64,000 nt of DNA from Candidatus Izemoplasmatales bacterium (GCA_028698875.1 JAQVVR010000006.1:46924-110923), one strand, 5' to 3'. Shown: positions 12,865-24,809, counted from the first letter of the stretch. Made by a program: numbers and translations. The notes: generated by a model not told the origin, from the sequence alone.

Positions 12865-15525
12865 ATGGAAAATTTAAAACCGTTACTTGCACCAGAAATG
12901 CCCACTAATCGCGTTAATGATATTGATATCTCGCATGAAATGCGAACATCATTTCTAAGTTATGCAATGTCGGTAATTGTTTCACGGGCGCTCCCCGATG
13001 TTCGCGATGGCTTAAAACCGGTTCATCGACGGATATTATTTGGTATGGATGAGCTTGGAGTCTATCCAGACAAACAATTTAAAAAATCAGCGAGGATTGT
13101 TGGCGATGTTATGGGTAAATATCACCCCCATGGCGATTCCGCCATCTATGATTCAATGGTCCGAATGGCCCAGGATTTCAGTTATCGTTATCCACTTGTC
13201 AATGGTCACGGGAACTTTGGATCAGTAGACGGTGATGGCGCAGCCGCGATGCGTTATACTGAAGCTAAGATGCAAAAAATCACTTTAGAAATGATTCGTG
13301 ATTTACGCAAAAACACCGTTGACTTCACGGATAATTATGACGGAACGGAAAAAGAACCAAAAGTATTACCGTCCCGATTCCCCAATTTACTTGTTAATGG
13401 AGCCGATGGTATTGCCGTTGGTATGGCCACAAGAATTCCGCCACACAATATGAATGAAGTCATCGATGGCTATATCGCTTATATCAAAAACCGGGATATT
13501 GATGTTGAAGAATTAATGGAATATATTAAAGGACCGGATTTCCCGACGGGGGGAATTATTTTAGGCGAAGCCGGAATTCGAGCTGCCTATACAACCGGAC
13601 GAGGCGCAATCCGCGTAAAAGCCAGAACTGAGATTGTGGAGACGACTTCGGGAAAAAAACAAATAATTATAAAAGAAATTCCTTATCAAGTCAATAAAAC
13701 CACTTTGATTGAGCGCATTGCTGAACTGGCAAAAAATAAAATCATTGAAGGAATCACGGATTTGCGAGACGAATCTAATCGAAATGGCATGCGTGTTGTC
13801 ATGGAACTACGGCGCGATATTAATCCCGAAGTGTTGCTAAACAATTTATATAAGAATTCACAAATGCAAACCACTTTTGCGGTAAATATGTTAGCACTTG
13901 TCGACGATAAGCCAGAAACCTTGCCACTAAAGGATATTATTAGACACTATTTTGATCATCAAGTTAATGTTTTATTACGAAAAACTCAATTTGATTTAGA
14001 AAAAGCCACCCAAAGAGAACATTTATTACGTGGATTTATAATTGTACAAAATAATACAGAAGAAGTCATTAAAATAATTAAAGAGACCAATGAAGAGCCA
14101 GAAAAAGAATTAATGGCTAAGTTCAGTCTTTCCGAAGTGCAGGCAAAAGCCATCTTATCAATGCAACTACGTAAACTATCTGGCCTTGAACAAGCGAAAA
14201 TCCATGATGAATTAGGCGAAATTGAAAAGGCAATCACATTCTATAATCAAGTTATTGCCAGCGAAGCCATTCAACAGCAAATATTGATTAACGATGCCAT
14301 CGACATTAAGGAACGCTTTGGCGATGCCAGACGCACTGAAATTGATCCTTTTGGCGATTATGATATCGAGGACGAAGACCTTATTCCGGTAGAAGATGTG
14401 ATTATTGCGGTCACAACCAATGGCTATGTCAAACGGATGAATGCCGAAGTTTATAAATCGCAAAATCGCGGCGGCCGTGGCAAGTCCGGCATGAAAATGA
14501 ACGAAGATGACGTCATCGACTCAATCGTTTCAACATCAACGCATGATTACCTACTATTCTTTACTTCATTGGGTCGAGTGTACAAGATGAAGGGGTATAA
14601 AATACCATCATATGGCCGCAGTTCCAAGGGACTTCCAATCGTTAATTTACTTAATCTTGTCGATGGTGAAGAATTAGCCGCCATCATGAGTGTGAAAGAC
14701 TTCGAAACCGGTTATTTGTTCTTCACAACCAGCAAAGGCATTGTGAAGAGAACCGCTGTTGAGGATTTCAAAAATATTCGTACAAACGGAATAAGAGCCG
14801 TTTCGCTACGTGAAGGCGATTCACTACACAGTGTAAAATTGACCGACGGGTCTCGTCATATCTTAATAGGCGCATCCAACGGCAAGGCCATACGTTTTGA
14901 TGAAAACGATGTTCGGGATATGGGGCGAAATGCTGCTGGCGTAAAAGGAATTGATTTAAACAAAAACGAATCAGTAATTGGTGTCACCGTGGTTACTGAT
15001 GAACATAATGAAATTTTAGCCATAACCGAAAAAGGATATGGAAAACGAACAATTATTGAAGAATACCGTTTACAAGGCCGGGGCGGAAAAGGCGTTAAAA
15101 CAATCAATATTACTGAGAAAAACGGAGCACTAAAAAAATTAATCAGTGTTACCTTGGAAGAGGATTTACTTGTCGTCACAGATAAGGGTATGATAATTCG
15201 TGTTCCTATCGACCAAATCACCCAAACCAAACGCTCAACCCAAGGAGTTAGAATCATTAATCTCTTGGAGGGACATCAAGTCGCCACAATAGCAATTCTT
15301 CCTAAATCAGAAGTTGAGGACGAAATCAGTGAGACCGAAACAGAAGAAATTATTGCTCCAACGGAACCAATCATTAAGATTGTTGATGATTCCCAAGCGG
15401 AACAAGTAATCAAACAATACCAAAACTTCTTGGATTTAAAATCACCTGACGAAGATGACGATGAAGAAGAAACCGAAACCGAAGAAACCGAAGATGACGA
15501 TGACATTCTCAAAGATAGTTATTAA
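12865..15525 (+). CDS. gyrA: DNA gyrase subunit A
   Basis: [23 protein letters not shown], active-site Tyr region, QRDR-like [10 protein letters not shown], a C-terminal beta-pinwheel, and an acidic tail. Confidence 0.95.
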   Translation: MENLKPLLAPEMPTNRVNDIDISHEMRTSFLSYAMSVIVSRALPDVRDGLKPVHRRILFGMDELGVYPDKQFKKSARIVGDVMGKYHPHGDSAIYDSMVRMAQDFSYRYPLVNGHGNFGSVDGDGAAAMRYTEAKMQKITLEMIRDLRKNTVDFTDNYDGTEKEPKVLPSRFPNLLVNGADGIAVGMATRIPPHNMNEVIDGYIAYIKNRDIDVEELMEYIKGPDFPTGGIILGEAGIRAAYTTGRGAIRVKARTEIVETTSGKKQIIIKEIPYQVNKTTLIERIAELAKNKIIEGITDLRDESNRNGMRVVMELRRDINPEVLLNNLYKNSQMQTTFAVNMLALVDDKPETLPLKDIIRHYFDHQVNVLLRKTQFDLEKATQREHLLRGFIIVQNNTEEVIKIIKETNEEPEKELMAKFSLSEVQAKAILSMQLRKLSGLEQAKIHDELGEIEKAITFYNQVIASEAIQQQILINDAIDIKERFGDARRTEIDPFGDYDIEDEDLIPVEDVIIAVTTNGYVKRMNAEVYKSQNRGGRGKSGMKMNEDDVIDSIVSTSTHDYLLFFTSLGRVYKMKGYKIPSYGRSSKGLPIVNLLNLVDGEELAAIMSVKDFETGYLFFTTSKGIVKRTAVEDFKNIRTNGIRAVSLREGDSLHSVKLTDGSRHILIGASNGKAIRFDENDVRDMGRNAAGVKGIDLNKNESVIGVTVVTDEHNEILAITEKGYGKRTIIEEYRLQGRGGKGVKTINITEKNGALKKLISVTLEEDLLVVTDKGMIIRVPIDQITQTKRSTQGVRIINLLEGHQVATIAILPKSEVEDEISETETEEIIAPTEPIIKIVDDSQAEQVIKQYQNFLDLKSPDEDDDEEETETEETEDDDDILKDSY

Positions 15526-15540
15526 TAGGAGGGTTCAAAC

Positions 15541-16815
15541 ATGTTGGATATCAAATTAATCAGAGAAGAAACCGACCGAGTGTATGAACTTCTATCGCGA
15601 AGAAACGGGGATTATTCATATATTTATGACATTGTTAACAAAGACAAAACCCGTCGCGAAGCTATTCAAAACGTTGAAGCATTAAAAGCGAAGAAGAATG
15701 AAGCATCAAAAATGTTTGGAGCTTACAAAAAAGAAGGAAAAGACCCGTCTTCGATTCAGGCATCTGTACAAAAATATGCTTCTGAAATTGTGGAATTAGA
15801 CAGTTTAGTTACCAAGCTGGATGCCGAAATTAAAGATATGCTCTTAATGACGCCAAATTTACCCAATGAAAACATCGCTATCGGTAAAGACGATTCCCAA
15901 AACCGAGAATTATATAAATATTTAGAGCCAACGCGCTTTTCCTTTCCAATAAAACCACATTATGATCTGGGAGAAAAACTCGACATACTTGATTTTAATC
16001 GCGCCGCCAAGATTTCTGCTTCTCGCTTTGTGGTTTACAAAGGCCTTGGAGCTCGCTTGGAAAGATCGTTGATTATGTATATGATGGATTTGCATGCTAC
16101 CGAACACGGATACCGAGAAATCATGCCACCATATATTGTCAACGAAGCCTCAATGTATGCCACCGGTCAATTTCCAAAATTTAAAGATGAAGCATTCAAA
16201 CTCTATGATGACCGCAATCTTTATCTAAATCCAACGGCGGAAGTGCCAACGATTAATTTACATCGCGATGAAGTATTAGATGTCAATTCTCTGCCGATAA
16301 AATATGTTTCTTACACAACCGCTTTTCGTCAAGAGGCTGGGTCAGCGGGGAGAGACGTCCGCGGAATTCTGCGACAACATCAATTTAATAAAGTTGAATT
16401 AATCAAATTTACGAAACCAGAGGAATCATACATTGAACTCGATAAAATGCTTGCTGATTCCGAATCGGTGCTCCAAAAATTAGCAATCCCGTATCATGTA
16501 GTTGAGCTTTGTACCGGTGATTTAGGGTTCGCAATGCGAAAGACATATGATATTGAAGTTTGGATTCCTTCGGAGAATAAATATCGCGAAATCGGATCTA
16601 TTTCTAATGCCGAAGATTACCAAGCCAGACGAGCAAATATCAAATTTCGTCGGTCTCAGGATGCTAAACTAGAATATGTACATACTTTGAACGGATCAGG
16701 ATTGGCGGTTGGCCGAACAGTAATCGCAATTATGGAAAACTATCAACAAGAAGATGGCTCAATTATCGTTCCAACCGTTCTTCAACCATATATGGGTGTC
16801 GCTGTCATTCGTTGA
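15541..16815 (+). CDS. serS: Serine--tRNA ligase
   Basis: N-terminal coiled coil and class II aaRS motifs (FRQEAGSAGRDVRGILRQHQF, GSGLAVGR). Confidence 0.93.
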   Translation: MLDIKLIREETDRVYELLSRRNGDYSYIYDIVNKDKTRREAIQNVEALKAKKNEASKMFGAYKKEGKDPSSIQASVQKYASEIVELDSLVTKLDAEIKDMLLMTPNLPNENIAIGKDDSQNRELYKYLEPTRFSFPIKPHYDLGEKLDILDFNRAAKISASRFVVYKGLGARLERSLIMYMMDLHATEHGYREIMPPYIVNEASMYATGQFPKFKDEAFKLYDDRNLYLNPTAEVPTINLHRDEVLDVNSLPIKYVSYTTAFRQEAGSAGRDVRGILRQHQFNKVELIKFTKPEESYIELDKMLADSESVLQKLAIPYHVVELCTGDLGFAMRKTYDIEVWIPSENKYREIGSISNAEDYQARRANIKFRRSQDAKLEYVHTLNGSGLAVGRTVIAIMENYQQEDGSIIVPTVLQPYMGVAVIR

Positions 16816-16818
16816 AAT

Positions 16819-16856
16819 AAAAAAGCCGCTTCGATTTGAAGGCGGCTTCTTTTTTA
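16819..16856. terminator. Bidirectional rho-independent terminator between convergent serS and the HIT gene
   Basis: AAAAAGCCGCTTC...GAAGGCGGCTTCTTTTTT palindrome flanked by A and T runs. Confidence 0.7.
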
Positions 16857-17264
16857 GAAACAAGCTTTGATTTTTTCTTGAGTATCGAGATATTGTTGTT
16901 TCGATGTGTTTCCCATGTTATTTATAAAATCGATTTCCACGCCATCAGATGGGTAACGGGGAATCAAATGAATATGGAAATGGTATATCGTCTGTAAAGG
17001 TTTGTCAGTATTGATGAGAACAGTGAGTCCGATGGGGTTAAAAGCCTTCTTGATGGCGTTGGCAATTTTAGGAACAGTGGAAAAAACTTTACAAGCCACT
17101 TCCTCATCAATGTCATATAGATTTTGGAAATGTTGTTTGACTAAAACAATAGTATGTCCTTTTGTGGCTTGAGAAATATCGAGAATTGCTAAGACGTTTT
17201 CATCCTCGTACACCTTGTAAGCAGGAATTTCACCATTGATAATTTTGCAAAAAACACAACCCAT
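16854..17264 (-). CDS. HIT-family (histidine triad) nucleotide hydrolase
   Basis: MGCVFCKII...HFHIHLIP histidine-triad motif. Start chosen at the internal Met next to the HAD gene stop. Confidence 0.85.
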   Translation of the reverse strand: MGCVFCKIINGEIPAYKVYEDENVLAILDISQATKGHTIVLVKQHFQNLYDIDEEVACKVFSTVPKIANAIKKAFNPIGLTVLINTDKPLQTIYHFHIHLIPRYPSDGVEIDFINNMGNTSKQQYLDTQEKIKACF

Positions 17265-17266
17265 TT

Positions 17267-17920
17267 TTATGCCTCCATATTGTAATTTTGAATTGTTGGA
17301 ACCAGTTCGGAAAATGCATTTATCCAAAAAGTTGGATTGGTCTTTAACAGCAAATCACGCTTGTATGACCAATTGACGCCACAAGTCAGAATGCCGGCTT
17401 TTTGTCCGGCAATCAGATCGGAAGTGTTGTCACCAACCATAACGGCATTTTGACTGTGAAAAAAAGCAAGCGCCATTAAAACCGCCTCGGGATCGGGTTT
17501 TGGTTTGATAACATCTTCCAAACCGATTATTAAATCGAAATACTGATTGAGATTATAATTTGCTAAGCAAGGAGCCGCCGATGCTTTAAACTTAGTTGTG
17601 ATGATAGCAACATGAAAATGATTTTCATGAAAGTATCGTAATGATTCAATAACCCCAGGATAAAGTTTAACATAATCAAATTCGATTTGGCGATAGATTT
17701 GGCGATATGATTGAATCATGGCATCGATAATCGTTTTATCGTTGGTCAGTTTGGCAAAAGTTTCATATAATGGGGGACCAACCATATCAATCAAATCGTT
17801 ACGAGAAAAATGCTTGCGAGGAAAATATGATTTTAGTGTTAAATAAAACGTTTTTAAAATTAATTCGTTCGAATCAACAAGTGTTCCATCTAAATCGAAA
17901 AGGATTGTGTCAATCTTCAC
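17267..17920 (-). CDS. HAD-superfamily hydrolase (PpaX/phosphoglycolate phosphatase-like)
   Basis: N-terminal DxDGTL motif (ILFDLDGTLVDS) and downstream HAD motifs. Confidence 0.8.
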   Translation of the reverse strand: MKIDTILFDLDGTLVDSNELILKTFYLTLKSYFPRKHFSRNDLIDMVGPPLYETFAKLTNDKTIIDAMIQSYRQIYRQIEFDYVKLYPGVIESLRYFHENHFHVAIITTKFKASAAPCLANYNLNQYFDLIIGLEDVIKPKPDPEAVLMALAFFHSQNAVMVGDNTSDLIAGQKAGILTCGVNWSYKRDLLLKTNPTFWINAFSELVPTIQNYNMEA

Positions 17921-18042
17921 AAAACATCACCAAACAAATTATAACAGATTTTTACAGATTTGTGTCAACAATACCAGAAAAACAAGGGCTATAAAACTGG
18001 TTTTGGCTTTAGGGTTATGTTATAATGGGGCGGGTGATTCCA

Positions 18043-18954
18043 ATGGCCAAAACGTTTCTTATATATAATCCCAAAAGCGGGAGACAAGATTTTACCAACC
18101 GACTGCAGCACGTCATCGATCGTCTTATCGAAAACGGATATGAAGTAAAAGCTTTTGCGACCACATGTCCGGGCCAAGCGACGGAATTTGCACGCCTAGC
18201 ATGCCAAGAACAATGTAAGCTTTTAATCATAGTTGGTGGCGACGGAACATTCAACGAATGTGTTAATGGCATGATGGAATTTACTGATCAGCCTAAAATC
18301 GGCTATATTCCCGCCGGAACCTGTTGCGACATTGGCCATAGCTTGGGTTTGTCAAAAAACGTCGACTTGGCACTAGATAACATTTTTGCAAATCAGCACG
18401 TGAAAATGGATGTCGTTAAGTCAAATGATCGCTATTTTTGCTATGTAACCGGTAACGGGGCCTATATCGATATCAGTTACGTTACTGATTCACGTTTGAA
18501 GAAAAAAATCGGGTACCTGGCATATCTAATCAAAGGGGCAGAAGAATTATTCACGATTCCTAAAATCCGCATGCGAGTGATTCATGATGGAGTTGAATTT
18601 TTTGGTTCATATTCGCTTATTCTTATCATTAATTCGAAACGGGTTGCGGGAATTAATATGATATACAAACCATATCTTGATGATGGGCTTGTCAATGTGG
18701 TTATGTACCATTATCTATGGCCATTTAATAATATCATTTATTTTCTCTCCTTCATTTTGCCATTTTGGTCCACGCCGCTCATCAAGCGATTTAAAACCAG
18801 CAAAATGCAAGTTATAACCGAATCAAAATCACGATGGAATGTCGACGGTGAATCGGGCGGACAGGGACACCAAGAAATTGAAGTATGTAAACAAGCGATT
18901 TCGATAATTGTCCCAGAAAGAATCAAGATTAAATATTTTCCCAACCAAAAATAA
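18043..18954 (+). CDS. Diacylglycerol-kinase-family lipid kinase (DagK/YegS-like)
   Basis: LLIIVGGDGTFNECVNG DAGK catalytic motif. Start taken at MAKTFLIYNPKSG. Confidence 0.8.
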   Translation: MAKTFLIYNPKSGRQDFTNRLQHVIDRLIENGYEVKAFATTCPGQATEFARLACQEQCKLLIIVGGDGTFNECVNGMMEFTDQPKIGYIPAGTCCDIGHSLGLSKNVDLALDNIFANQHVKMDVVKSNDRYFCYVTGNGAYIDISYVTDSRLKKKIGYLAYLIKGAEELFTIPKIRMRVIHDGVEFFGSYSLILIINSKRVAGINMIYKPYLDDGLVNVVMYHYLWPFNNIIYFLSFILPFWSTPLIKRFKTSKMQVITESKSRWNVDGESGGQGHQEIEVCKQAISIIVPERIKIKYFPNQK

Positions 18955-19018
18955 AACAGATACATATCCGGTGGCATGACTCGATTGTCGCTGGCTTTAA
19001 TTTGAAGGTGGCAATAGT

Positions 19019-19552
19019 TTGATAAATGAAGTTGTGGTAGTAGAAGGCTTTCATGACCAACAAAAACTAAACAGCGTTTATCCTGATATTGAGTGCATCG
19101 TCACTAACGGCAGTGAAATTTCAGAAGCCACATTAACGTTAATCGCGCAAACTAACAAAACACGAGGCATTATTTTATTTATGGATCCGGATTTTCCCGG
19201 CAGACAAATCACAAACAAAATCCTAAGCCGAGTTCCGAATGTAAAAATTGCTTTTATAACTAAACAAGCAGCAATCAGTAAAAATCAGCGCAAAGTTGGG
19301 GTTGAGCATGCCAATGCCTCCGATATTCGAGAAGCATTAGATCACTTATTTATCATAAATAATCAGCGGCCAACTTTGATTACAACGTTGGATTTGATGA
19401 ATTTAAAACTTATAAATACACCATCGGCCGCAAAGCGAAGAATGATTGTTTGTAAAGCGTTACGAATCCCTTTTTGCAATGGAAAAACGTTTTTAAGATT
19501 TATAAATATGTTGGATATTTCTTTATCCAGGATTGTCGAAGTGATATCATGA
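19019..19552 (+). CDS. rnmV: Ribonuclease M5 (Toprim domain, 5S rRNA maturase)
   Basis: VVVVEGFHD...ILFMDPDFPG Toprim motifs. TTG start with GAAGGTGG RBS. Followed by ksgA as in Bacillus. Confidence 0.8.
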   Translation: MINEVVVVEGFHDQQKLNSVYPDIECIVTNGSEISEATLTLIAQTNKTRGIILFMDPDFPGRQITNKILSRVPNVKIAFITKQAAISKNQRKVGVEHANASDIREALDHLFIINNQRPTLITTLDLMNLKLINTPSAAKRRMIVCKALRIPFCNGKTFLRFINMLDISLSRIVEVIS

Positions 19553-20424
19553 AGAATATTGGATCGGTTCATATTACCAACGATATTTTGGCTAACGAAG
19601 AATTTCACATCAAAAAACGCTTCGGTCAAAATTTTTTGGTCGATAAAAACATTTTAGACAAAATCATCAAAGAAGCGCATATTTCTGAACAAACCGATGT
19701 TATTGAGATTGGTCCAGGATTTGGAGCGCTTACAGAAGGTTTAGTTAGTCAGGCAAGAAGGGTATTAGCTTATGAAATCGATCGAGATTTAATTCCCATT
19801 CTTGAAAAAAACTTTTCCGATGTTCACAATCTCATTCTTGTCAATCAAGACATCTTAGCATGTGATATCGATGCGGATATTGAACGATATTTACCCGGCT
19901 CAACGGAAACTATTGTTGTGGCCAATCTACCATATTATATTACAACCCCAATATTGATGCGATTTTTAGAAGATTCAAAACAAGTATCATCGCTTTTCTT
20001 AATGATGCAAGCTGAAGTTGCAGATCGGGTGACTTCGGCACCCAATACTAAAGCATATGGAGCGTTATCGGTTGTCATCAATTATCGAGCCATTACTAAA
20101 GTGTTGTTTTCGATTCCCAGAAGCGTGTTTATTCCTCGGCCCAACGTAGATTCGGCCGTTGTCATGTTTACAATAAGAAAAGAAATTGAAAAACGGCCTA
20201 CCGATGAAAAAAAGTTTTTAATGTTTGTCCATCAATGTTTTTCGCAACGGCGGAAGACATTGCTCAATAATTTGCGGCAGGCTTTTCCCAATCAAACAAG
20301 AGAAGCATTAGAAAACCACTTGATAAAATGCAATCTAGCGGTCAATATTCGGGCCGAATCGCTAACCACAGCCGCTTTTATTATGCTTTGGCAAAATCTG
20401 GTTTCAAATAACATAAAGGATTAA
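19549..20424 (+). CDS. rsmA: 16S rRNA (adenine1518/1519-N6)-dimethyltransferase RsmA/KsgA
   Basis: FGQNFLVD...IEIGPGFGALT SAM-binding motif. Overlaps the rnmV stop (ATGA). Confidence 0.9.
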   Translation: MKNIGSVHITNDILANEEFHIKKRFGQNFLVDKNILDKIIKEAHISEQTDVIEIGPGFGALTEGLVSQARRVLAYEIDRDLIPILEKNFSDVHNLILVNQDILACDIDADIERYLPGSTETIVVANLPYYITTPILMRFLEDSKQVSSLFLMMQAEVADRVTSAPNTKAYGALSVVINYRAITKVLFSIPRSVFIPRPNVDSAVVMFTIRKEIEKRPTDEKKFLMFVHQCFSQRRKTLLNNLRQAFPNQTREALENHLIKCNLAVNIRAESLTTAAFIMLWQNLVSNNIKD

Positions 20425-20426
20425 AA

Positions 20427-21359
20427 ATGAAAAAATTTGTCGGTTTGGTATCAATTATTTTGGCGGTGGTTTTCTGGGGAATTTCATTTATCAGCACCGC
20501 ACAAATATTACACGTTGTTGATCCAGTTATTTTGGGCTTTTTTCGTTATATTTTAGCGGTGATCTTTGTAGGAATCGTTGTTTTAGTTAGGCGGGTAAAT
20601 CTACGAATCACGAAAGCGGATTTGATTATCTTTTTTCTGGCGGGACTCTTGGGAATTTTCTTATATTCGGTGTTGGAAAATACCGCATTAACAATTATCC
20701 CATCTTCATCCGCGGCGATTATCACAGCGATTACACCGATGATGGTAGTGTTTGGGAATTTCTTGGTATTCCGCGAAAAAATCACGGTACGAGAAGTCTT
20801 TTTAATTATTTTGTCAATTATTGGCGTAGTATTAGTTATGTACGCGGATCTTATTATCGCTACTGGCTGGAACGAATTGATTGGATATTTGTTAATGCTG
20901 GCATCAATTGTATCATGGACGGTATACTCATTGTTAACCAAAAAGATTGGGCAAAAGTATAGCGGCATTAAGATAACTGCCATTCAATCATTTATGGCAC
21001 TGTTAATTTTTATCCCAACACTTTTCTTTTTTCCATTGCCGGATTTTTCAACTTTCGTTGTTAATGATTGGGCGAATTTATTGTTTTTGGGAGTTGTGTG
21101 TTCTGGGTTGTGTTATTTTCTTTACATCCACTCAGTCAACGTTTTGGGAGTCACCCTTCCCAACTTGTTTCTTAATTTTATTCCGATTATAACCATCTTA
21201 ACTAATTTGATTGTTTTTAAGGTGGCGGTGAATTGGTTACAAATCGTAGGGGCGGTTATTATTACCATTTCCATGAGCGTAATGACAATCATTAATTTTA
21301 AGAAAACCCCAACCAACAATGACGGTCTTGAAAATAAAAAAAATGATATAATATTATAG
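20427..21359 (+). CDS. EamA/DMT-family transporter (10 TM)
   Basis: Two EamA-like hydrophobic repeats. Confidence 0.75.
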   Translation: MKKFVGLVSIILAVVFWGISFISTAQILHVVDPVILGFFRYILAVIFVGIVVLVRRVNLRITKADLIIFFLAGLLGIFLYSVLENTALTIIPSSSAAIITAITPMMVVFGNFLVFREKITVREVFLIILSIIGVVLVMYADLIIATGWNELIGYLLMLASIVSWTVYSLLTKKIGQKYSGIKITAIQSFMALLIFIPTLFFFPLPDFSTFVVNDWANLLFLGVVCSGLCYFLYIHSVNVLGVTLPNLFLNFIPIITILTNLIVFKVAVNWLQIVGAVIITISMSVMTIINFKKTPTNNDGLENKKNDIIL

Positions 21360-21370
21360 AGGGGATAATT

Positions 21371-21880
21371 ATGCATTGTTTATTCGATTACGAAACCGTG
21401 TTAAAAACTTTACGGAGAATGACTCACGAGATTATCGAAAAAAACGATGATCTTGATGATATCATTCTGATTGGTATTATGAAAAAGGGATTGCCAATTG
21501 CTCAAATCATCCAAGAAAACATCAAATTATACAGTGGGAAACGCGTCGAAATCGTTGGCATAGATATATCAATGTATCGTGATGACAACAAGAAAAAAAG
21601 CGTTGAAATTCCCGCCATTCAGGTTAACAATAAGATTTGCATTCTTGTGGACGATGTCTTGTATACCGGAAGAACTGTCCGTGCCGCGATGGATGCGTTA
21701 ATTAGTCTTGGCCGTCCAAGGAAAATCCAATTAGCGGTCTTGGTTGACCGCGGCCATCGAGAGTTTCCGATTCGCGCCGACTATGTGGGCAAGAATATTC
21801 CCACCGGTCAAAATGAAACAGTATTAGTTCAATTAACAAAAGATAATCCGGGAGTATACTTGGAGAAAGAGGGAGAATAA
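21371..21880 (+). CDS. pyrR: Bifunctional pyrimidine regulatory protein / uracil phosphoribosyltransferase PyrR
   Basis: PRTase motif [20 protein letters not shown]; about 170 aa. Confidence 0.85.
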   Translation: MHCLFDYETVLKTLRRMTHEIIEKNDDLDDIILIGIMKKGLPIAQIIQENIKLYSGKRVEIVGIDISMYRDDNKKKSVEIPAIQVNNKICILVDDVLYTGRTVRAAMDALISLGRPRKIQLAVLVDRGHREFPIRADYVGKNIPTGQNETVLVQLTKDNPGVYLEKEGE

Positions 21881-21882
21881 AC

Positions 21883-23124
21883 ATGGAAACCATCAAGAAT
21901 ACCGATTTAGAAATTGCTTTATTAATTCAACAGGAAACCGAAAGACAAAAGTCACACATTGAGCTGATTGCATCGGAGAATTTTGTTTCAAACGCCGTTC
22001 TTGAAGCTCAAGGCAGCGTTATGACGAACAAATATGCCGAAGGATATCCAAAAAAACGTTATTATGGCGGGTGTGAATTCGTCGATCAAGTTGAAGATTT
22101 AGCAAAAGAACGTTTAAAACAGATTTTCAATGTTAAATTTGTTAATGTTCAAGCACATTCTGGATCACAGGCCAACATGGCCGCATACCGAGCAATTTTG
22201 AACCCTCACGATATCGTCATGGGATTAGCTTTGGATCAAGGTGGGCACTTAACTCATGGACACCCACTTAATTTTTCCGGAGTTGATTATGAATTTCATC
22301 CTTATTATGTTTCTAAAGTTTCCGAAGCCATCGATTATGATCAATTACAAGCCGAAGTTTCAGAGATTAAACCGCGGTTAATTGTCGCTGGAGCATCAGC
22401 GTATCCACGGATACTTGACTTCGAACGTTTCCGGGCGATTGCCGATTCCGTAGGCGCCCTATTGATGGTTGATATGGCTCATATTGCGGGTTTGGTAGCG
22501 GCGGGATTGCATCCCAATCCCTGCGAATATGCCGACATTGTTACATCCACGACCCACAAAACGCTTCGAGGACCGCGAGGCGGGATTATACTTACTAATA
22601 ATGAAGAAATCGCTATTAAAGTTGATAAAATCATCTTTCCAGGAATTCAAGGCGGACCGTTGATGCATGTGATCGCCGCTAAAGCTGTAGCATTTAAAGA
22701 AGCTTTAGAGCCTAGTTTTAAGACATATCAAATTCAAGTCGTTGCCAATTCTAAAGCTTTCGCTGATGAATTTTTACGAATGAATTATCATGTTGTCAGT
22801 GGCGGAACCGATAATCACTTACTGCTGTTAGATGTATTATCCAAGACGGGGCTGACCGGTAAAAAAGCCGAAAACCTCCTTGATAAAGTCAATATAACCT
22901 GTAATAAAAACACAATTCCATATGATACACAAAAGCCATTCATTGCCAGCGGAGTTAGATTAGGAACGCCGGCCATGACCACAAGAGGGTTTAATGAAAA
23001 CGATTTTCGTTTAGTTGCCCGTTTGATTGATAAAACATTAAGTAACCCCAGCGATGAAGCAATTTTAACTGAGGTTAAAACCAGTGTCAAGGAATTGACC
23101 GATAAACATCCGCTTCCTTATTAA
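21883..23124 (+). CDS. glyA: Serine hydroxymethyltransferase
   Basis: PLP-lysine region [15 protein letters not shown] and an SHMT-typical N-terminus. Confidence 0.95.
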   Translation: METIKNTDLEIALLIQQETERQKSHIELIASENFVSNAVLEAQGSVMTNKYAEGYPKKRYYGGCEFVDQVEDLAKERLKQIFNVKFVNVQAHSGSQANMAAYRAILNPHDIVMGLALDQGGHLTHGHPLNFSGVDYEFHPYYVSKVSEAIDYDQLQAEVSEIKPRLIVAGASAYPRILDFERFRAIADSVGALLMVDMAHIAGLVAAGLHPNPCEYADIVTSTTHKTLRGPRGGIILTNNEEIAIKVDKIIFPGIQGGPLMHVIAAKAVAFKEALEPSFKTYQIQVVANSKAFADEFLRMNYHVVSGGTDNHLLLLDVLSKTGLTGKKAENLLDKVNITCNKNTIPYDTQKPFIASGVRLGTPAMTTRGFNENDFRLVARLIDKTLSNPSDEAILTEVKTSVKELTDKHPLPY

Positions 23125-23274
23125 TCGCTTGCTAGATTTATTTAACACGAAATAAAGAATGGTTCAATAACATAAAAGTACATTCGCTGCCTTTGATTTA
23201 AATCAAGAGCAACGAGTGTTTTTTTAATTATTAAAAACACAAAAGAGAAATATAACGATAATTAGTATAAGTTA

Positions 23275-23303
23275 TTGAATTATTAGAACGATATGCTTAT
23301 AAT
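23275..23303 (+). promoter_or_regulatory. Candidate glnA promoter (TTGAAT-17-TATAAT)
   Basis: TTGAAT at 23275-23280 and TATAAT at 23298-23303. Predicts an ~85-nt structured leader. Confidence 0.45.
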
Positions 23304-23393
23304 GTACAGTAAAAATTCGGAAAATGACCGCCGTTAAACGTCATGGCATCGTCGGCAGACAAGCGTTACCGACTGATGAATTGAGGCTGACTT

Positions 23394-24734
23394 ATGGGAA
23401 AATATACCAAAGAAGAGATTTTACAGAACGCGAAAGCGGAAAATGTTCGGTACGTCCGCTTAATGTTTACCGATATCAACGGGGTCATAAAAAGTGTGGA
23501 AATCCCCGTGGGGAGATTAGAGACCGCTTTAGCGGGCAAAGTGATGTTTGACGGATCTTCGATTGAAGGATTTGTTCGGATTTTGGAAGCGGATATGTAT
23601 TTGCGCCCCGATTTTAATACATGGTTAATTTTGAATTGGGAGGAAACCGAATATGGGAAAGTGGCATGTCTTATATGCGATGTATATACCCCCGATGGGA
23701 AACCATTTGCTGGTGATCCCCGATCAAATTTAAAGCGTGTTGCTGCGGAAATGGAAAAACTGGGATTTTCGGCTTTGAATATCGGCTTCGAACCAGAGTT
23801 TTTCTTATTTGAAACTAATAACGAAGGCGAACCAATCCTAAAGTTCGCAGACAATGGTAGTTATTTTGATTTGTCACCAATTGACGGCGTTGGTGATTGT
23901 CGAAGAGATATTGTATTGGAACTGGAAAGAATCGGCTTCACGATTGAAGCATCCCATCACGAGGTTGCACCAGGACAAAACGAAATTAATTTTCATTTTT
24001 CCAACATTGTTGAAGCGTGCGATAATGTTCAAAAATTTAAACTAGTTGTTAAGAATATTGCCACAAGACACGGGTTGCATGCTACATTCATGCCAAAACC
24101 GGTCGCAAATATTAATGGTTCCGGCATGCATACCAATTGTTCTTTGGCCGACATGCAAGGAAATAATGTATTTTTTGACACCAAGGATTCAATGGGACTA
24201 TCACATATTTGCCGGCAGTGGTTAACGGGAATTTTGACCCATTCTAGGGGTTTTTGTGCAATTACCAATCCTTGTGTTAACTCATATAAACGACTCGTCC
24301 CAGGATATGAAGCCCCCTGCTATATATCCTGGTCAGAGCATAATCGATCCGTAATGGTTAGAATTCCCGCCGTAAGAGGAGCATCGACCAGAACCGAGAT
24401 TCGCAACGTTGATTGTGCGTGCAATCCATACTTGGGAATGGCAGTTATTCTTGCAAGTGGTTTAGATGGAATCAAAAATGATTTACCGCTTATTGGACCG
24501 GTAAATGAAAACTTATTTGCTTTAAGTCAAGATCAAAGAAACAAGCTGGGGGTGAAAAACCTTCCCAGCGATTTACAGGAAGCGATTCAAGCACTAACAG
24601 AAGATTCGGTCGTCAAATCGGCACTCGGAACGCATATACTAACAAAATTTGTTGAGTTAAAAAAACTAGAATGGCTCGAGTACCGAACAAACATATCCGA
24701 CTGGGAAATTCGCAAATACATAAAAGCAATGTAA
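23394..24734 (+). CDS. glnA: Glutamine synthetase type I
   Basis: GS-I beta-grasp and catalytic motifs (NGSGMHTNCS, adenylylation-loop region). Confidence 0.93.
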   Translation: MGKYTKEEILQNAKAENVRYVRLMFTDINGVIKSVEIPVGRLETALAGKVMFDGSSIEGFVRILEADMYLRPDFNTWLILNWEETEYGKVACLICDVYTPDGKPFAGDPRSNLKRVAAEMEKLGFSALNIGFEPEFFLFETNNEGEPILKFADNGSYFDLSPIDGVGDCRRDIVLELERIGFTIEASHHEVAPGQNEINFHFSNIVEACDNVQKFKLVVKNIATRHGLHATFMPKPVANINGSGMHTNCSLADMQGNNVFFDTKDSMGLSHICRQWLTGILTHSRGFCAITNPCVNSYKRLVPGYEAPCYISWSEHNRSVMVRIPAVRGASTRTEIRNVDCACNPYLGMAVILASGLDGIKNDLPLIGPVNENLFALSQDQRNKLGVKNLPSDLQEAIQALTEDSVVKSALGTHILTKFVELKKLEWLEYRTNISDWEIRKYIKAM

Positions 24735-24735
24735 A

Positions 24736-24770
24736 AAAGCGACAACCACGAAAAGGTTGTCGCTTTTAAA
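24736..24770. terminator. Bidirectional terminator between glnA and hslO
   Basis: AAGCGACAACC...GGTTGTCGCTTTT hairpin. Confidence 0.75.
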
Positions 24771-24809
24771 ACACGTGTAAATGGCCACGTATAGGCAATA
24801 ACATTGCGC

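Noticed and set aside
23324-23551. 75-aa ORF overlapping the glnA leader and start
   Set aside because: It overlaps the glnA N-terminus out of frame and has no RBS, so it is likely spurious. The region was treated as the glnA 5' UTR.
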